From Octopus sinensis (taxonomy: Eukaryota): DNA of 64,000 nucleotides. Positions 11,533 to 25,158 of the stretch are shown here, piece after piece. The position numbers and the translations under genes were made by a program. The notes beneath the pieces are model-generated. The model saw nothing but the letters and a program-made list of their open reading frames with translations, did no database searches and was not told where the DNA came from. Within the stretch, counting starts at the first letter, position 1; the number at the start of each line of letters is the position of its first letter. The stretch covers positions 67,146,001 through 67,210,000 of the forward strand of contig NC_043000.1 in NCBI RefSeq assembly GCF_006345805.1. The letters run 5' to 3'.

Positions 11533-14009
11533 CTGAGAGGGAATGAGAAAGATTTCTCACGCAGTTACAAAAACAGAACTATTCTAGTTTCTCGACATCC
11601 GAAAGATGAAAAGCAAAACTAACCATGTAACTTTGCTGTGATTTGAACTGAAACCGTAAAGAACCGAAATAAATATATATTTGTAACGATTGTGTCTGAA
11701 AAGAGAACGGCAATTTAAGCTGTTAGCTAGCACAAAGCAAGTTTAGCATGACTCAACTCATTAATTCTAGATAGGAAGGGAGGGAGAGAGAAATAGTTGC
11801 TTGACAGAAACATTTCCTTGCAACTAATTGGTAAGGGAAGTTGTCAGTCGTGACGCGCATTCGGACATAAAAGTGAAAGACTCGTTTGAAGTTTGCTTCT
11901 GAAAGTTATTTGTAAGGAAATATCTTGGAAATTCTACAAGCAATGGATAACGGTGAAAAAAGATTCGAAGAAAATGCTCATTATATTAGCATACATTTAT
12001 TTAAAATATAGTGAAAAGAGAATTAGTATAAAGTCATACATTTTACAATTTTTAATTTCTTGTCTCCTATCTCATTCAGTAAAGGATTAATTCCGATTAA
12101 GGAGAGACGAATCTCTGGATTAGACGCTCCTTTGGCGCAGGTAAATACTCTAACTACTCTATATACAACTTTTTATATATGTTCCCTACTGTTTGTGATC
12201 ATACTAATCTAAACATATCAATAAACAGGTATTTTATAAACTAATGCTACTTGAATTCTGAAAATAGAGATTAATACATTTCATGAAGTTTGCGTTAAAA
12301 AACAAAACACAAACAAGAAGTAATACCACTGGCAAAGCATAACAGGAATAAATGTTTGATGTCAGTACGTACTTTGCTTAATTTACAATCGACGCGTTAA
12401 GGATGATTACATTTAATTGCTACAAATTATATGTATTCATTCTTCCAGTGTCTTCTCCCTCTATTTTTTATTTGGTTTAACACGCATAGCTACCGTTCAT
12501 AATTTACATTAAGCAGAAATAATGTCAAATGCAATGGCATGTGTATTTTGTATTTATCTCTCTACGTTAATAAATGTATCCCTAAGGCGATCAGCTGGCA
12601 GAATGCTTAACGGCATTTCGGGCAAAATTCTTAGCGGTATTTTGTTTGTCTCTGCAGTTGTGGCTAAAAGTTTGGAACATTTTTTTAGAAATTAAAATTA
12701 TGCCCGATATACGTTCCGACCAAATATAACTTTGAGCATTAAATATAAAAATCTATTTTTCTGATCTATGTTCCTAACTTCTGGTCACGACTCTACGCTC
12801 TGAATTCAAATTACGTCGAGGTCGACTTTATTCTTTAATTTTTTGATGTGAACTCTGGGGTCTATATAATCGATTAACACCCCCACTGCCCACCAAATTT
12901 CAAGCTTTGTACCTTTATTAGAAGGGGTTATTAAAACCATAATGGTTTTAAGCTTGAGCGAAATCAACCCTTGGGGATGTTGGGAGCTCACATTAGTGCA
13001 AATGAAGCAGGTACTAGAAACAAAATATTTAAACCAGGTACAATACTTATATTAAAAATCAAATATGTTTGAATTAAATTATGAACTGGACACTGTGCTA
13101 TCAGTAAGCAAAACATGTGACTGATGATGCGTCAAAGTCCAATAATTTTGTTATATACGTCCTCACTTTCTTTAGAATTATCTATAAAAATTTACTTAGG
13201 TGGGGGTACACAAATAAAGAGATGTACATACTAGATGGGATAGTGTAATTAAAATATGGTCAATAAACCACCATTCAAAATTAGCTTCTGTCTAGTTAAA
13301 AAATCTTTTTGTTTTTATAAAACATGTGGAGAGACATTCATAAAGACTATTCTGTGAAAAGAGGTGCTGGTTTAGAACAGTTAACGTTCCTGAGTTCAAT
13401 GACGTTTCAAGAACTCCTTACCTGATCTTTTGCGGGCTCGTGCACGTTTGTTAGGAAGATAGAATGTGTAACCAGGTATCTATCCACATATTTAATGCTT
13501 GTTATACAGTTGTCCACCGGTTTATGAGTTAGAATGGCTCTACGAGTGATCGTGCAAATGGAGAAAGTATATATTGAGGGAGATGTACTTTAATAATTAA
13601 AAAAGAAAATCACAAACAAAATTTAAGCAATTATTTATTGAATGGGTACAAAAATGTCGATTAACGTCGATATGCATATATGCCCCTATGTCCATCTTTG
13701 TGGTTACACCAGTATAAACCATAGATGTTTACATTTTGTCATTTCATATTTCGAATATTAGTGGTTCGATAAAGTCTGGGAGTAAAATAAATATCAAACT
13801 TTAATATGTACTGAATTCGATGATGGACTAAAAATTTTCATTTTTGAACTTGATTAAATATTTGGATCTTTATTTTGATAGAAATCGTTTGTCCGATTTT
13901 GCTTTAACATTTTAAATTTCATTATCAACCGCGAAAGTTAGTTTTAAAATATGTATAAAAAAATTTAACTGAAGGTCTACTTGAGAAATCGCCGTCGATC
14001 GAAGCTTTT

Positions 14010-14250
14010 CAACTCACTACATTATAAAAGGTTAAAGATCCTTCTCGACTCATAGGGCCGGTTTCCGTGGCGTATATATTCCCCACTTGAATGGGATGCC
14101 AGTCCATCGCAGGATTATTCATTTTTGCCAGTTGAGTAGTTTGGAGCAACGTGAAATGACGTGTTTTATTCAAGAACAACGCATCGCCCGGTCCAAGAAT
14201 CGAAACTACAATCTTACAACCATGAGTCAAACATGCTAACAACTAATTCA
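14010..14250 (-). mobile_element. tRNA-derived SINE with a V/Meta-like conserved central domain
   Basis: Minus strand: tRNA-like head, TTGTTCTTGAATAAAACAC, then CCTGCGATGGACTGGCATCCCATTCAAG...ACGGAAACCGG, resembling conserved SINE cores of other metazoans as I recall them. Confidence 0.55.
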
Positions 14251-14504
14251 CGCACCTCTACACTCACTGTTCATGTAACTGCACACGCATACATAATATA
14301 GAAATCGTAACATCGCCTTCGAGAATCGAACTTCGTGTCATCTATAAACAATATCTCTGTACTACTAACCACATCAAAGCGATCAAACATCTTCAACCAC
14401 CAAATTAGAAGTTGAGAATCCTCATTCATGTACGTATCATTCGTATGTATATAACATAGTTGGCGATAATAGCAAGTGGAGTCTTAAGATCGAAAATGAT
14501 TTTA

Positions 14505-14925
14505 TCACAAGGCCTGAAATTTTGAAGAGGGGTTTTGTTGATTACATCGACCCATGTGCTCAACTGAACTCCGAAAGACAAAGTCGATCTCGGTAGAATT
14601 TGAATACAGAACGTAAACACGGAAGAAATGTCTGTGTGCTAATGGTTCTGCCAGCTCGCCGCCTTCTGGGTCAGAAAAGGCTGACATTCGTCGATAGTGG
14701 TTTCAAATTTTGGCACAAATCCAAAAATTATGGGGGAGAGGTGTAAGTCTATTACATCGATCCAAGTAATCAACTTAGTACTTATTTTATCGACCCCGAA
14801 AGGATGAAAGGCAAACTCGACCTCGGAGGAATGAGAACTCAGAACGTAAAAGACGGACGAAATGCCGCTAAGTATTTCGTCTGGTATGTTAAGAATTCTG
14901 CCAGCTCACCGCCTTAGAATTTGTA
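14505..14925 (-). mobile_element. Two tandem OR-like SINE fragments
   Basis: GATTACATCGACCC...TACTTATTTTATCGACCCCGAAAGGATGAAAGGCAAA.TCGACCTCGG...GAACTCAGAACG...CTGCCAGCTCGCCGCC. The same family occurs at 29945-30105, 44899-45109 and 61690-61830. Confidence 0.75.
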
Positions 14926-15419
14926 GATATTAATTTACGAGTCAGAGATGATGTAAGGCCGTGTTTTAAAGACGTTTAAGGGGAAAAACTAAAGTAAAGG
15001 ATACCTAAATTTAATTTCTAGCTTTTATTAGGATTAATTTTAATATAGAAGATTATTAAAATGATATAGTTAGCTTCAATAAACAATGATTTTGTTTGAT
15101 TAAGTTTGAAATTGGCCTGTTCATATATTAATAAATTGTATTATTGTGCAACTGAAAGCTGCCTTTTCTGAAGGGTTTATTCAACATAAAACTGCTAGTA
15201 ACAATATAACACTTATTCGATAGCACACAAATGATTACATTCATATGACCTAACTCAACAAAGCTTGGTAATGCTCATATTGTCACCGGCCTACATGCTA
15301 CGCTAGTCAATAAAGAAAGTGTTAACGGAAATCTATTGTTCGTGTTATGAAAGAATAATTATATAGTTCATTGTTTGGGTCGGTTGTTTTCTAGAATAAT
15401 TACTATTTTGTCACGATCT

Positions 15420-15760
15420 TTTATCTTTTACTTATTTCGCTTATTGGGCCGCGCCCATGCTGGAGTATCGCCTTGAAGGATTTCACTCGAACAAATCCGT
15501 CCCAGTGTTCTTTTGTATTTTTAAAGCTTGGTACTTATCCTATCGGTCCTTTTGTCATGTGGGGTTGGATGGAGCAAACACACACACATACATATATATA
15601 TGACTGGCTTCCTTTTAGTTTCCGTCTACAAAATCCACTCACAAGACTTGGTCGACCTGGGATTGTAGTAGAAGATACTTGCCCAAGGTGCCACGCGATG
15701 AGACTGAATCCGGAACCATGTGGTTGGGGAGTAAACTTCCTACCACACAGCCACGCCTGC
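15420..15760 (-). mobile_element. OK-like SINE
   Basis: Homologous head, body and tail to the copy at 1603-2091. Confidence 0.8.
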
Positions 15761-16349
15761 ATCATAATAATAAGGTATTCACTCGTCCGATCAACGTAAC
15801 ATGCAGTGAATGATTCTAATGGCATTCTTCCTTTCCTGATAAATGTTTTCAATTCCTAAATTCTCCGTTTGATTATGGGGATGTTGGAATTATGGGGATG
15901 TTGGAATCCCGCTGACTTCTTCAGAGCAAGAGCTGTCGGGAGCTCATCAATTATTGGAGGTTGTGCTTTATCTTTGAAGCTGCTGTTTTCTTTGGGTAAT
16001 TTGTCTACATGTATATATGTATACATGTGTAGGTATATGCATACACGTGTATGTATATTTGTATACATGTGTATATGTATACATGTGTAAGTAAATGCAT
16101 ATATATTTATGCATATGTATGTATATGTATACGTGTACACGACTGAGCTCGATTTACTCGTTTTAAAAATAAATTTTCCTCATTGAAATTAACTCAAATA
16201 TAATTAGCTCGTTCCAGTCCGCAAAACAACCCTAAAATAATTTTTTATGGGTTTTAAAACAGAAAAGGGTGTAGTTACAAGTAAAATGACAATTATAAAA
16301 AAGGAAAATGCATACGAAATATGTAAACTAGGTTTATTAATTGAAATAC

Positions 16350-18215
16350 CTCAAAGATGGGACGATTTGTGCGTGAGGAAGACAATAGAGCGGGGAGGAG
16401 GTAGATTACTGTTTCAAAGGAGATTCTCCTCGCAATAAGACTTCAGGAAGAACAATTTCTGGCGTTTTCTCTCTCATTTTTGGACACACTTTCTTCATTT
16501 TTTTACACTTGCAGGTCATTTCATTAGAGATATATCAAGAGAAGTCTCCCTTTTCCTGCCATTTCAAAACGTCACGAAAATGCGTCAGAGTAGTGTCATT
16601 AAATAAGCTACTACACGGGCTGTAGCTGTATTTTCAGGACGATATTTTTGTACAAATTCAGAAACATACTGCCACTTTGCCAACACTGCTTTTATGTCAT
16701 TCGTAAAGATAACATTCTCCGCTTCTCTGTCCTCCTCTACACTGCCAGGCCATATCGATGATTTTCAGGCAGTTTACAATGCTGTGGTACTCCTTTCAAA
16801 ACTCACGAAAATGATTTGCATTTTCGGTGACTTCAAAGGACCGACGAAACGAATATTTGGTGTACAATTTCTTAAAATTAGAAATCACCTGTTGGTCCAT
16901 GGGCTGCAAGAAAGCTGTGGTGTTGCGTTAAAGGTAACTAAGTTTATAAATCTAAATTCGTCTAGGATATCATCTGCAAGGTTAGGAGGGTGAGCTGGAG
17001 CATAGTCGAGGATGAGGAGGGCCCTGAGAGGAAGATTGTTCTCCAGAATATACTTTTTCACTGATGGTCCGAAGGCAAAGTTGACCCACTCGGAGAAGAT
17101 TTGCCTGGTGACCCAGGCTTTAACGTTGCTCTCCATATGACATGCAGCTTCTCCTTCAGGATTTTGTGCAACTTGAACGCTCGTGGGTTTTCGGAATGGT
17201 AGTCAGGTCTCCAATTGCACCGGCACAAAGGGCGAGAGTTAGCCCATCTTTCATAGGCTGGTGACCTGGTATTTTCCTCTCCTCTGCAGTTGAGCAGGTT
17301 CTTCTGAGCATTGTTTTTCAAGAAAGGCCGGTTCCAGCACAGTTGAATACCTGTTGTGCGATGTACCCGTCGGCTGCGATAAGCTGACGGAATTCCTACG
17401 CGAAATCTTTAGTTGCCTTCGTGTCACAACTCGCTGCTTCTCCATACCTGACGACGCTATGAGCACGAGTCCTCTTCTTGAAATTATCAAATCAGCCGCG
17501 ACTGGCTTTAAATGCATCTGCTGATGTCTCCTCCGTTGATGTTCCAGGGTTCGGCTTCAGGAGATCCCCATACAGCGCTCGTGATATCTCGCAGACGATA
17601 GTCTCCGTAATCGTATCCCCTGCGAGTTGCTTCTCGTTGATCCACAGGAAAAGCAATTTTTCCATCCTTCGTGGACAGATGTGCGTTGCTTAGAGAGCCT
17701 GGAGACAGCCTTTTCTGCTGTAACGGTCTTGATTTCGTCCTATTTCTCCAGGATGATGCAGATCGTCGACGTGCTTCGGTCGTATTGACGTGCTATGTCC
17801 ACTACACGAACTCCTCTCTTATGTTTATCAATGATTTCCTTCTTCAGTTCTATTGCAATTAGTTTTTTCTTCTTCTCAGCACCATCCTTTGTACTAACCT
17901 TCTTAGGACCCATGGGTAACACAACTGATTATTATAAAATAATAGCAAAAAATGCACAAAACTAAACAAAAACACTGGAAAAAAACAACAACCCAGAGAT
18001 GCTGCCACAACGCGATAAACACGTGAACTGAGCGAGCGGAGACTGCACTTGTTGGGAGAGCTTGTGCGAGGTCAGCGCCGACTAGCGGTCGCTTGTATGA
18101 AACTCGCTTGTACTGCAGATTTCCGCTCGTACTTCAAGACAAAAATTTCCACGAGCCTCGGCCCGTACAGCAAATTACTTGTACAATTGTGTACTCGTAC
18201 TGCGAGGTTCGACTG
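16350..18215 (-). mobile_element. Degenerate Tigger/pogo DNA transposon (TIGD-like transposase relic)
   Basis: CENP-B-type HTH start MGPKKVSTKDGAEKKKKLIAIELKKEIIDKH (to 17913), LLILDYAPAHP, LQPMDQQVISNFKK and a C-terminal HFRDVLK...SLD...GESPLKQ*. TIR-like end CAGTCGAACCTCG at 18203-18215. The second TIR was not found. Confidence 0.85.
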
Positions 18216-18244
18216 TGTGTGTGCGCGCGCGCGTGCATATATGC

Positions 18245-18400
18245 AAAGGTGGGCACCGTTTATCGAAAAGTTAACTTCGTTAATCGTTAATCCGTTTACC
18301 AAAAAGTTAACTTCGTTAATCATTAATCCATTAATTCTTTGAAGATGTAACGAAAGTAACGTTAATCCGTTAGCGTTAACTTTTATTGAAAAAGGCATAA
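18245..18400. repeat. GTTAA(C)-rich subterminal-type repeat block, possibly a MITE end
   Basis: AAAAGTTAACTTCGTTAATC(G/A)TTAATCC occurs twice (about 18266-18293 and 18302-18329), with an inverted GTTAACTTTT at ~18375. Confidence 0.45.
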
Positions 18401-19549
18401 CTATAGTTTAACACCCCAGAGACTTTGTTGCCTCATAACTTCCAAACAAAGGAATACTATTTAACGAAACTTTCACCAAATAATCGCTTATATCCTGTAG
18501 CTTGAGTATATGTAAAGATTTGTTGGAAAACGTTTTCCGAGGGTTTGGGGAGCGGAGTTTCAGAAAGTTTACAGGACCATTTTTCCCCTCATAATTTTCT
18601 GGGGAATAGGTATTTTTAAATGAAATTTTATACTAATACTTTTCAAACGGTGTAGATTACGATTACAAAAAAAATTTGTAGGCAAAATATTTTGAAGGGG
18701 TGGAGGAAAGGGGTGAGTTGCTGGAGAACGGAGTTTCGGATCAGACGGCCCACATAAGTTGGAATTCCTCTGTTTTGACGGGGATTTTTTCAATGTTTTT
18801 CACCAGAATGATGGGAGGCAAAAAAAGAAAAAAATTTGAAATTTTTTTATTTTTTACTCCCGCTATTCCCTTACCACCCGTCCGAAACGATTTTGTTCAT
18901 TTTTTATTTTTCACTAAGCACTTAAAACCCATGAGAAAAACATTTTCGCTTAAAAAAAATGCCAATAATTTCAGAGGAAAATGTGCTGTTGTTTCTAGCA
19001 CATCCCAAAACATTCGTCCTGGTTTCTTTCTCACTCACACATCTGATATTTTTCAATATTTTTCTCCCCATAAACAAATTTTATGGAATGATGATGTCAA
19101 AGTAACACGTATAGTCCCAACCGAGCGAGGCCGTGTTATGTGTGTGTGTAAGAAAAAAAACACTTACAATCATGTTTAGTGTTTATATTAATCTGTCAAA
19201 TATAATGCTTATTTGTTCATTATTTTGAATTATTCAGGTTCAAGCGGGGTGTCCACAATATTTGCTTGTAACTTTGTAAATTTTTTACATACAGATTTGA
19301 AATATTGTCAGTGGATGTTTTATACACCACTGGTTTATTATATAATTTTATCTGATCTTGTTGAGTAAATTTGACTTTTATGGGCAGATAAATTTAATTA
19401 ACAGGTGTAAAAGCAATAACATTATGGATATACTCTAAAATTGAAATTCTTAATGCATCTTACTTCATTGATTTGTTACTAAAATTATCCCAGATGCCAA
19501 CCGACAAAGATTTTGCCACTTTTCAAGATGAGGTACATTAATTTGAATT

Positions 19550-19552
19550 AAT

Positions 19553-19589
<37 letters not shown>

Positions 19590-19818
19590 AGATGTGTGTG
19601 TGTATATATATATAGGTATATATATATATATATGTGTGTAGATGTGTGTGTGTATATATATATAGGTATATATATATATATATGTGTGTGTAGATGTGTG
19701 TGTATATATATATAAGTATATATATATATATATATATGTGTGTAGATGTGTGTGTATATATATATATATATATGTGTGTAGATGTGTGTGTATATATATA
19801 TATATATATGTGTGTAGA

Positions 19819-19863
<45 letters not shown>

Positions 19864-20040
19864 AGATGTGTGTGTATATATATATATATATGTGTGTAGA
19901 TGTGTGTGTGTATATATATATAGGTTTATATATATATGTGTGTGTATATATATTTTGTGTGTGTGTGTGTGTGAAAATATGTATATATGTGCGTGTGAGT
20001 TTGTATGTGTGCGTGTATATATATATATATATATGAGAGA
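19550..20040. repeat. Composite minisatellite: about 8 units of (GT)n-AGAT-(GT)n-(AT)n
   Basis: The anchor TGTAGATG recurs about 8 times, separated by variable GT and AT tracts. Confidence 0.85.
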
Positions 20041-20672
20041 GTGAGAGATGTATTTACATGTGTATATTATAATGCTATATCAACATATATGCACACATTT
20101 AGTGAGAGAGAGAGAGAGGGCGTATGACCATAGTTCATCAATTGAGTTGTGAATGAAACAATACACGTAGCAATTTTGATTGGTTATTTGCTTTCTTCCC
20201 ACATATGCTTACTGCGCGCCGTGCATATGTTTTCCAAGCTGACACTAATGTATGAGTGAGTGAGCTTTTGTGGTATATCACTGAATACATCTTATCACTT
20301 CATACCGGCAGTCATTCTGATAACATGTTTCTATATAAATAATTTTCTTAACATATGGAAATTGTATTTTCGGAAGAATTATTTGGATATTTGCCTAAAG
20401 TAAGTTTATAGTTGTTCTTACACATATATTTACACAAGTTTCATTATCCCTCTCTGTCTAGGCTTTTTATATACGCTTATATTTTCGTGCCTATTTTCAT
20501 GCTTTTGTCTTTGTTTTTATATGCAGCTCTGTGCGTCGGTATACATTTATACATAGAACAGGCAGAAAGAGTCTCTTACACATGTGTATATATAGACATA
20601 CACACACACGCATACATTCAAAAATGTATGTGTGAGTAAATGTTTACGCACATGCCCCCACTCTATGTATGA

Positions 20673-20709
<37 letters not shown>

Positions 20710-20710
<1 letters not shown>

Positions 20711-20902
20711 TGTTTTACTTGCTTCAGCCGCTTGACTGTGACCATGCTGGAGTACCACTTGTAGTCGAACAAATCGACCCAGGACTTATTCTTTGTAAGC
20801 CTAATACTTATCTTACCAGTCTCTTTTGCCGAAACACTAAGTTACGGGGACGCAAACACACCAACATCAGTTATCAAACAATGATGGACACACACACATA
20901 CA

Positions 20903-20985
<83 letters not shown>

Positions 20986-21007
20986 CACACACACACACAT
21001 ACACACA

Positions 21008-21049
<42 letters not shown>

Positions 21050-21150
21050 ACGGGCTTCTTTCAGCTTCCGTCAACCAAATCCACTCACAAGGCTTCGGTC
21101 GGCCCGAGGCAAGAGACACTTGCTATGTGGTTGGTAAGCTAGCTACATCA
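20710..21150 (-). mobile_element. OK-like SINE with an expanded internal microsatellite
   Basis: Homologous tail, body and partial head. Confidence 0.8.
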
Positions 21151-21828
21151 TTTTATTGAAACTTTAAAAAAAACTTCAGTTTCACATTTTTTCAGAATGT
21201 CGTCACTATTCAGAACAATTAGTTTAAAAGTATTTATGTATTCAAGATAGCCATCTCGTGAGTAGTGCGAACGGTTACGTGAAACTTTGTGTATCAATTC
21301 GTGAAGGTGTTTCTAAGCTTCAATAAAACATTTACTTTACCTTTTGTTTTGGAGTTCTATTTTCTTCACCTTGTATTGCACGTATGTTCTCACGTGTGTG
21401 TGTGTGCATGCGCGCGTGCGTGCGTGAAGGTCCGTGGTCGAGTGGTTAGTGTATTGTGCTGACTATCACAACGTGGTCAGACAGTCTGGTCGATACAGGT
21501 GTGTGTGTGTATACTGTTTGTTATAGACGAAAACAATCTTCACAAACTCTTACTCAGTTTACGTTAACGTTCGTCGGATAGTTGTGATCATTCTAAAAGA
21601 AATTTGAGTAACAGTTTGCGAAGATTTTTTTTTTCTTTAGCCTTTAATGAAATACCATATTACTCTACTTTTGGTATTCGAGTACTATTTTTTCCACCTT
21701 GTTTTGCATTTATGTGTGTATGAGGGAATGAGTGCGTGCGCGTGCATGTATCTATCTATCTATCTATTATTAGGTATCTATAAATTACCTTTGCAATTTG
21801 AAAAATTCAAGAAAAATTGTAAAATAAA

Positions 21829-22150
21829 GATAAGCTTGTTTACCAACGTCAGGGTTCAGGGTTGAGTCCTACTGCGTGGCATCTTGGGCCAGTGTCTTCT
21901 ACTATAGCCCTGGGCTGACCAAAGCTTGTGAGTGGATTTGGTAGACGGAACCTGAAAAAAAAAACCGTCGTGCTTGTGTCTGTATCTGGCCTCCACCACC
22001 GCTTGACAACCGGTGCTGGTGTGTTTATGTCCCTGTTAACTTAGCGGTTCGGCAAAAGAGACTGACAATAAGTACCCAGGTTTTATTAATAATTAAGCCT
22101 ATGAGTCGATTTGTTCGACTAAAAAATTTCCAAATGTCCCAGCATGAAAC
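21829..22150 (+). mobile_element. 5'-truncated, diverged OK-like SINE
   Basis: GATAAGCTTGTTTACCAAC...GGCATCTTGGGCCAGTGTCTTCTACTATAGCC...CGACTAAA. Confidence 0.75.
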
Positions 22151-22876
22151 TAGTAAAAAAAATAAATAAAAGATAAGCAAATAAAATTTTATTAGAAATA
22201 TTAGAAACTTTTAATAATTATTTAACATGCAAAGAAGTTGATTGATGGATCTCAACTTTAATAGGTACAATAAATTATGGAAGTTGTAAAGACAATTTAT
22301 GTACACCCTTTATATATCAGCACGAGTAAGTGATTAAGCGGAACAAATATATTCATTATGTGGCCGTAAATCATTAAAACGCTTGCAACGCAATGTAATA
22401 AGGGACTGGATTCGTGGGGGAAAAACATCTTTCTTTGGTAAATGCCTCTACACAAGCTCAGGTCGACTGTAGATTTGTTACAAAAAATTAAATAGATGGA
22501 ACGTGAAGAATTACGCCGAGTGGTCTATACATAGACGTAATTTGAAATGTCCGGCCTCGTCATATTGTGTCACGTAGAGTTAACTTGAAAATTACATAAA
22601 GTGTAAATATGTCTGTGGAATTCGTTCTCGTGAGAATTTGAACTCGGAACGTAGCGGCAGACGAAATACCTATTTCTTTACTACCCACAAGGGCTAAACA
22701 CAGAGAGGACAAACAAGGACAGTCGCCAATTCTTTCAGCACGTTGCCCAGTGTTTGCTCAGTGTCCATTTCACACACATGCACACAATCTGCTCGTGTGT
22801 GTGTGTGTGCGCGCGCGCACGCACACACACACACACACACATTATAAGCATAAAAACGGTACTGTACGTGCGCGCG

Positions 22877-22908
<32 letters not shown>

Positions 22909-24270
22909 TACATACATTATTATGTGTATGCGTGTATATTTGTACAAGATAGCGCTATCACCGACACGACTATGGTGCTTTCACTGTTTAAATACCTGAT
23001 TCTTTCGAATCCTGAATTTTTTTATACACACACACACACACACACACACTTTAAACAAAAATGATCTAAGAAAATGCAGTGTTGCTAGTTACATAAATTT
23101 TTACAATAAAGGCGAATAGTAGTTTATAAAATGTCATTCAAACTTATTTCTTGTTAGGTCTCCGAGGCGGTAACTCTAACACCGAGTGGTAACTACAACT
23201 GAATCCAAATGAGAAAAGGGACAACACATATAGACATACAAAAATAGAGAACATTTCTGGCCGGTGGTAACTTGCCTAATTAAAACAGAAATAAGCGAGG
23301 AGAAAGAAAAACTGAGTTGGTAAGATATACATACATGCATGCATATACATGCTTTAGTGCATTCATTGAGATTATCAAGTTAGACATTTGTTTCCCATCG
23401 CATCACCCGCGTTATAGTACACGCTCAACCACTGTGAAAAATAGGGAGATTGTAGCAAAATCCTTACGAAATTTGCGGCTTATGGATTGAATAATAAGTA
23501 TGAATATATACTAATAACGATGAGCAACCTTGCATAAATTGGGTTAAATAAAGAGAAAAATATTAAAGGCAAAAAGGCTCGAAAGGTTTTCGTCATTGCT
23601 TCATGTCTTACCACACTTGAACGAATATAGGTTCTTACTGTGCTTAATCCTTGGGGAAATTTATTGAATTTATACCCGAGAACGCTCCTTTGGCATTTTT
23701 GAGTCCTTTGCTACCATGAAAATCTATATGGAAAAATTGTTTTCGGTAGTAATGCCAGAAGCGATCACAATTATGCCAGAACACGTTCATTAGTCAATTT
23801 TCTGTTGGGGCTTTGTGCAAAGAAATGATATCACAATACTTCAAACAAAAGACATTGTTTAATCCTGAAATACTGAAGAGGTTCCCATTGGCAGTTTAAT
23901 TGTGGCACAAAGGCCATTATCGACGGAAAATGTGCCAATAATTGTTTCAAAAAGTCATGTTTTTTGGTTATTTTCTGTTGATGATTAGGGTTTCGTGCAT
24001 CACAAATGCACTCATAACACACCTTCTTCATTGCTGCATTTCTGACACCGAAAACGTTAAAATTGGCAATGTAGATTAAAGCAAATCCAAATATTGTCCG
24101 AAAATGACCTCAAACTTGTGCGGCCCGATTTCGTTTTCGAGTTTACTTTTGTAGTAAAACAGAGTTGTACAAAAACATATTTCATTTGATAGCCGAAAGA
24201 TTACTGAATCTTTTGATACCTCATACGTCAAAATCGGTAACTCAGTTTTCGAATCCATAAGGAACATGCG

Positions 24271-24301
<31 letters not shown>

Positions 24302-25105
24302 TATGTTTTATGTATATAGATGTGACATTTCTAAAAACATGTGAAAATGCAGGTACACTGTAGCTTTGTCATCTACTGTGTCATGCTGTTTCCTTATGAG
24401 AATAACACACACACACAAGTGTGTGTGTGTTATACCAGGTCACTCTTGAGCGCTAATAGTAACATGTAACCCAGAATAACCGTTGGCCGAGTCATCGGTG
24501 ACTAAACCGGTAACTCCACCAGTTGCTTGCCAGGAGAGGACAGTGATTAATTGAACACTATGATGAAAAACAACTTGTCAAAGGCCATCCAATAATGTAT
24601 GCATGTATTCCGGGCAGGTATATATAAACACACGAGGAAGTTCCTGGCTTTAATGGTATCGCGAAAGGCCTAGTTGGAGGCCCAATCTTCCGAGTTCTTT
24701 TACAGGGCTTAGAAAACCTAAAAGACCACTGCAATAAGTGTGTGAATCTGAGAGGTGAACATAAAATCATAATTAACTAATCCTCTTGTATTTTTTTTTA
24801 CCGAAAGCCAGGGATTTTTCATCCCCCACCATCGTATATGTATATGTATGTGCGGCAGCCCTTAGCTGACAGCAGATTTCAGTGGCGTAAAGTGGGCTTT
24901 CGTTGTCCCCTTCCTTAAATGTAACATATTTTCGACTACAGCAAATACAAGTATATAAAGTGTCCGTCATTATGTGGTCCGCTCACCCTGTATATCTCAT
25001 GCATTATCGCTGCTAGATTTTAAGTACGTTTGATTCCTTCCCTGTTTTCCTTAATTTGTTTTAGTACATCTTTGCTATTTATTTCCTAGTCTATCGATAC
25101 TCCTA

Positions 25106-25158
<53 letters not shown>

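Noticed and set aside
15856-16010. 94-aa minus ORF with a duplicated TTCCAACATCCCCATAA and CTGAAGAAG
   Set aside because: It may be a PLE scrap, but it is too short and has no GAAA partner or diagnostic domain.
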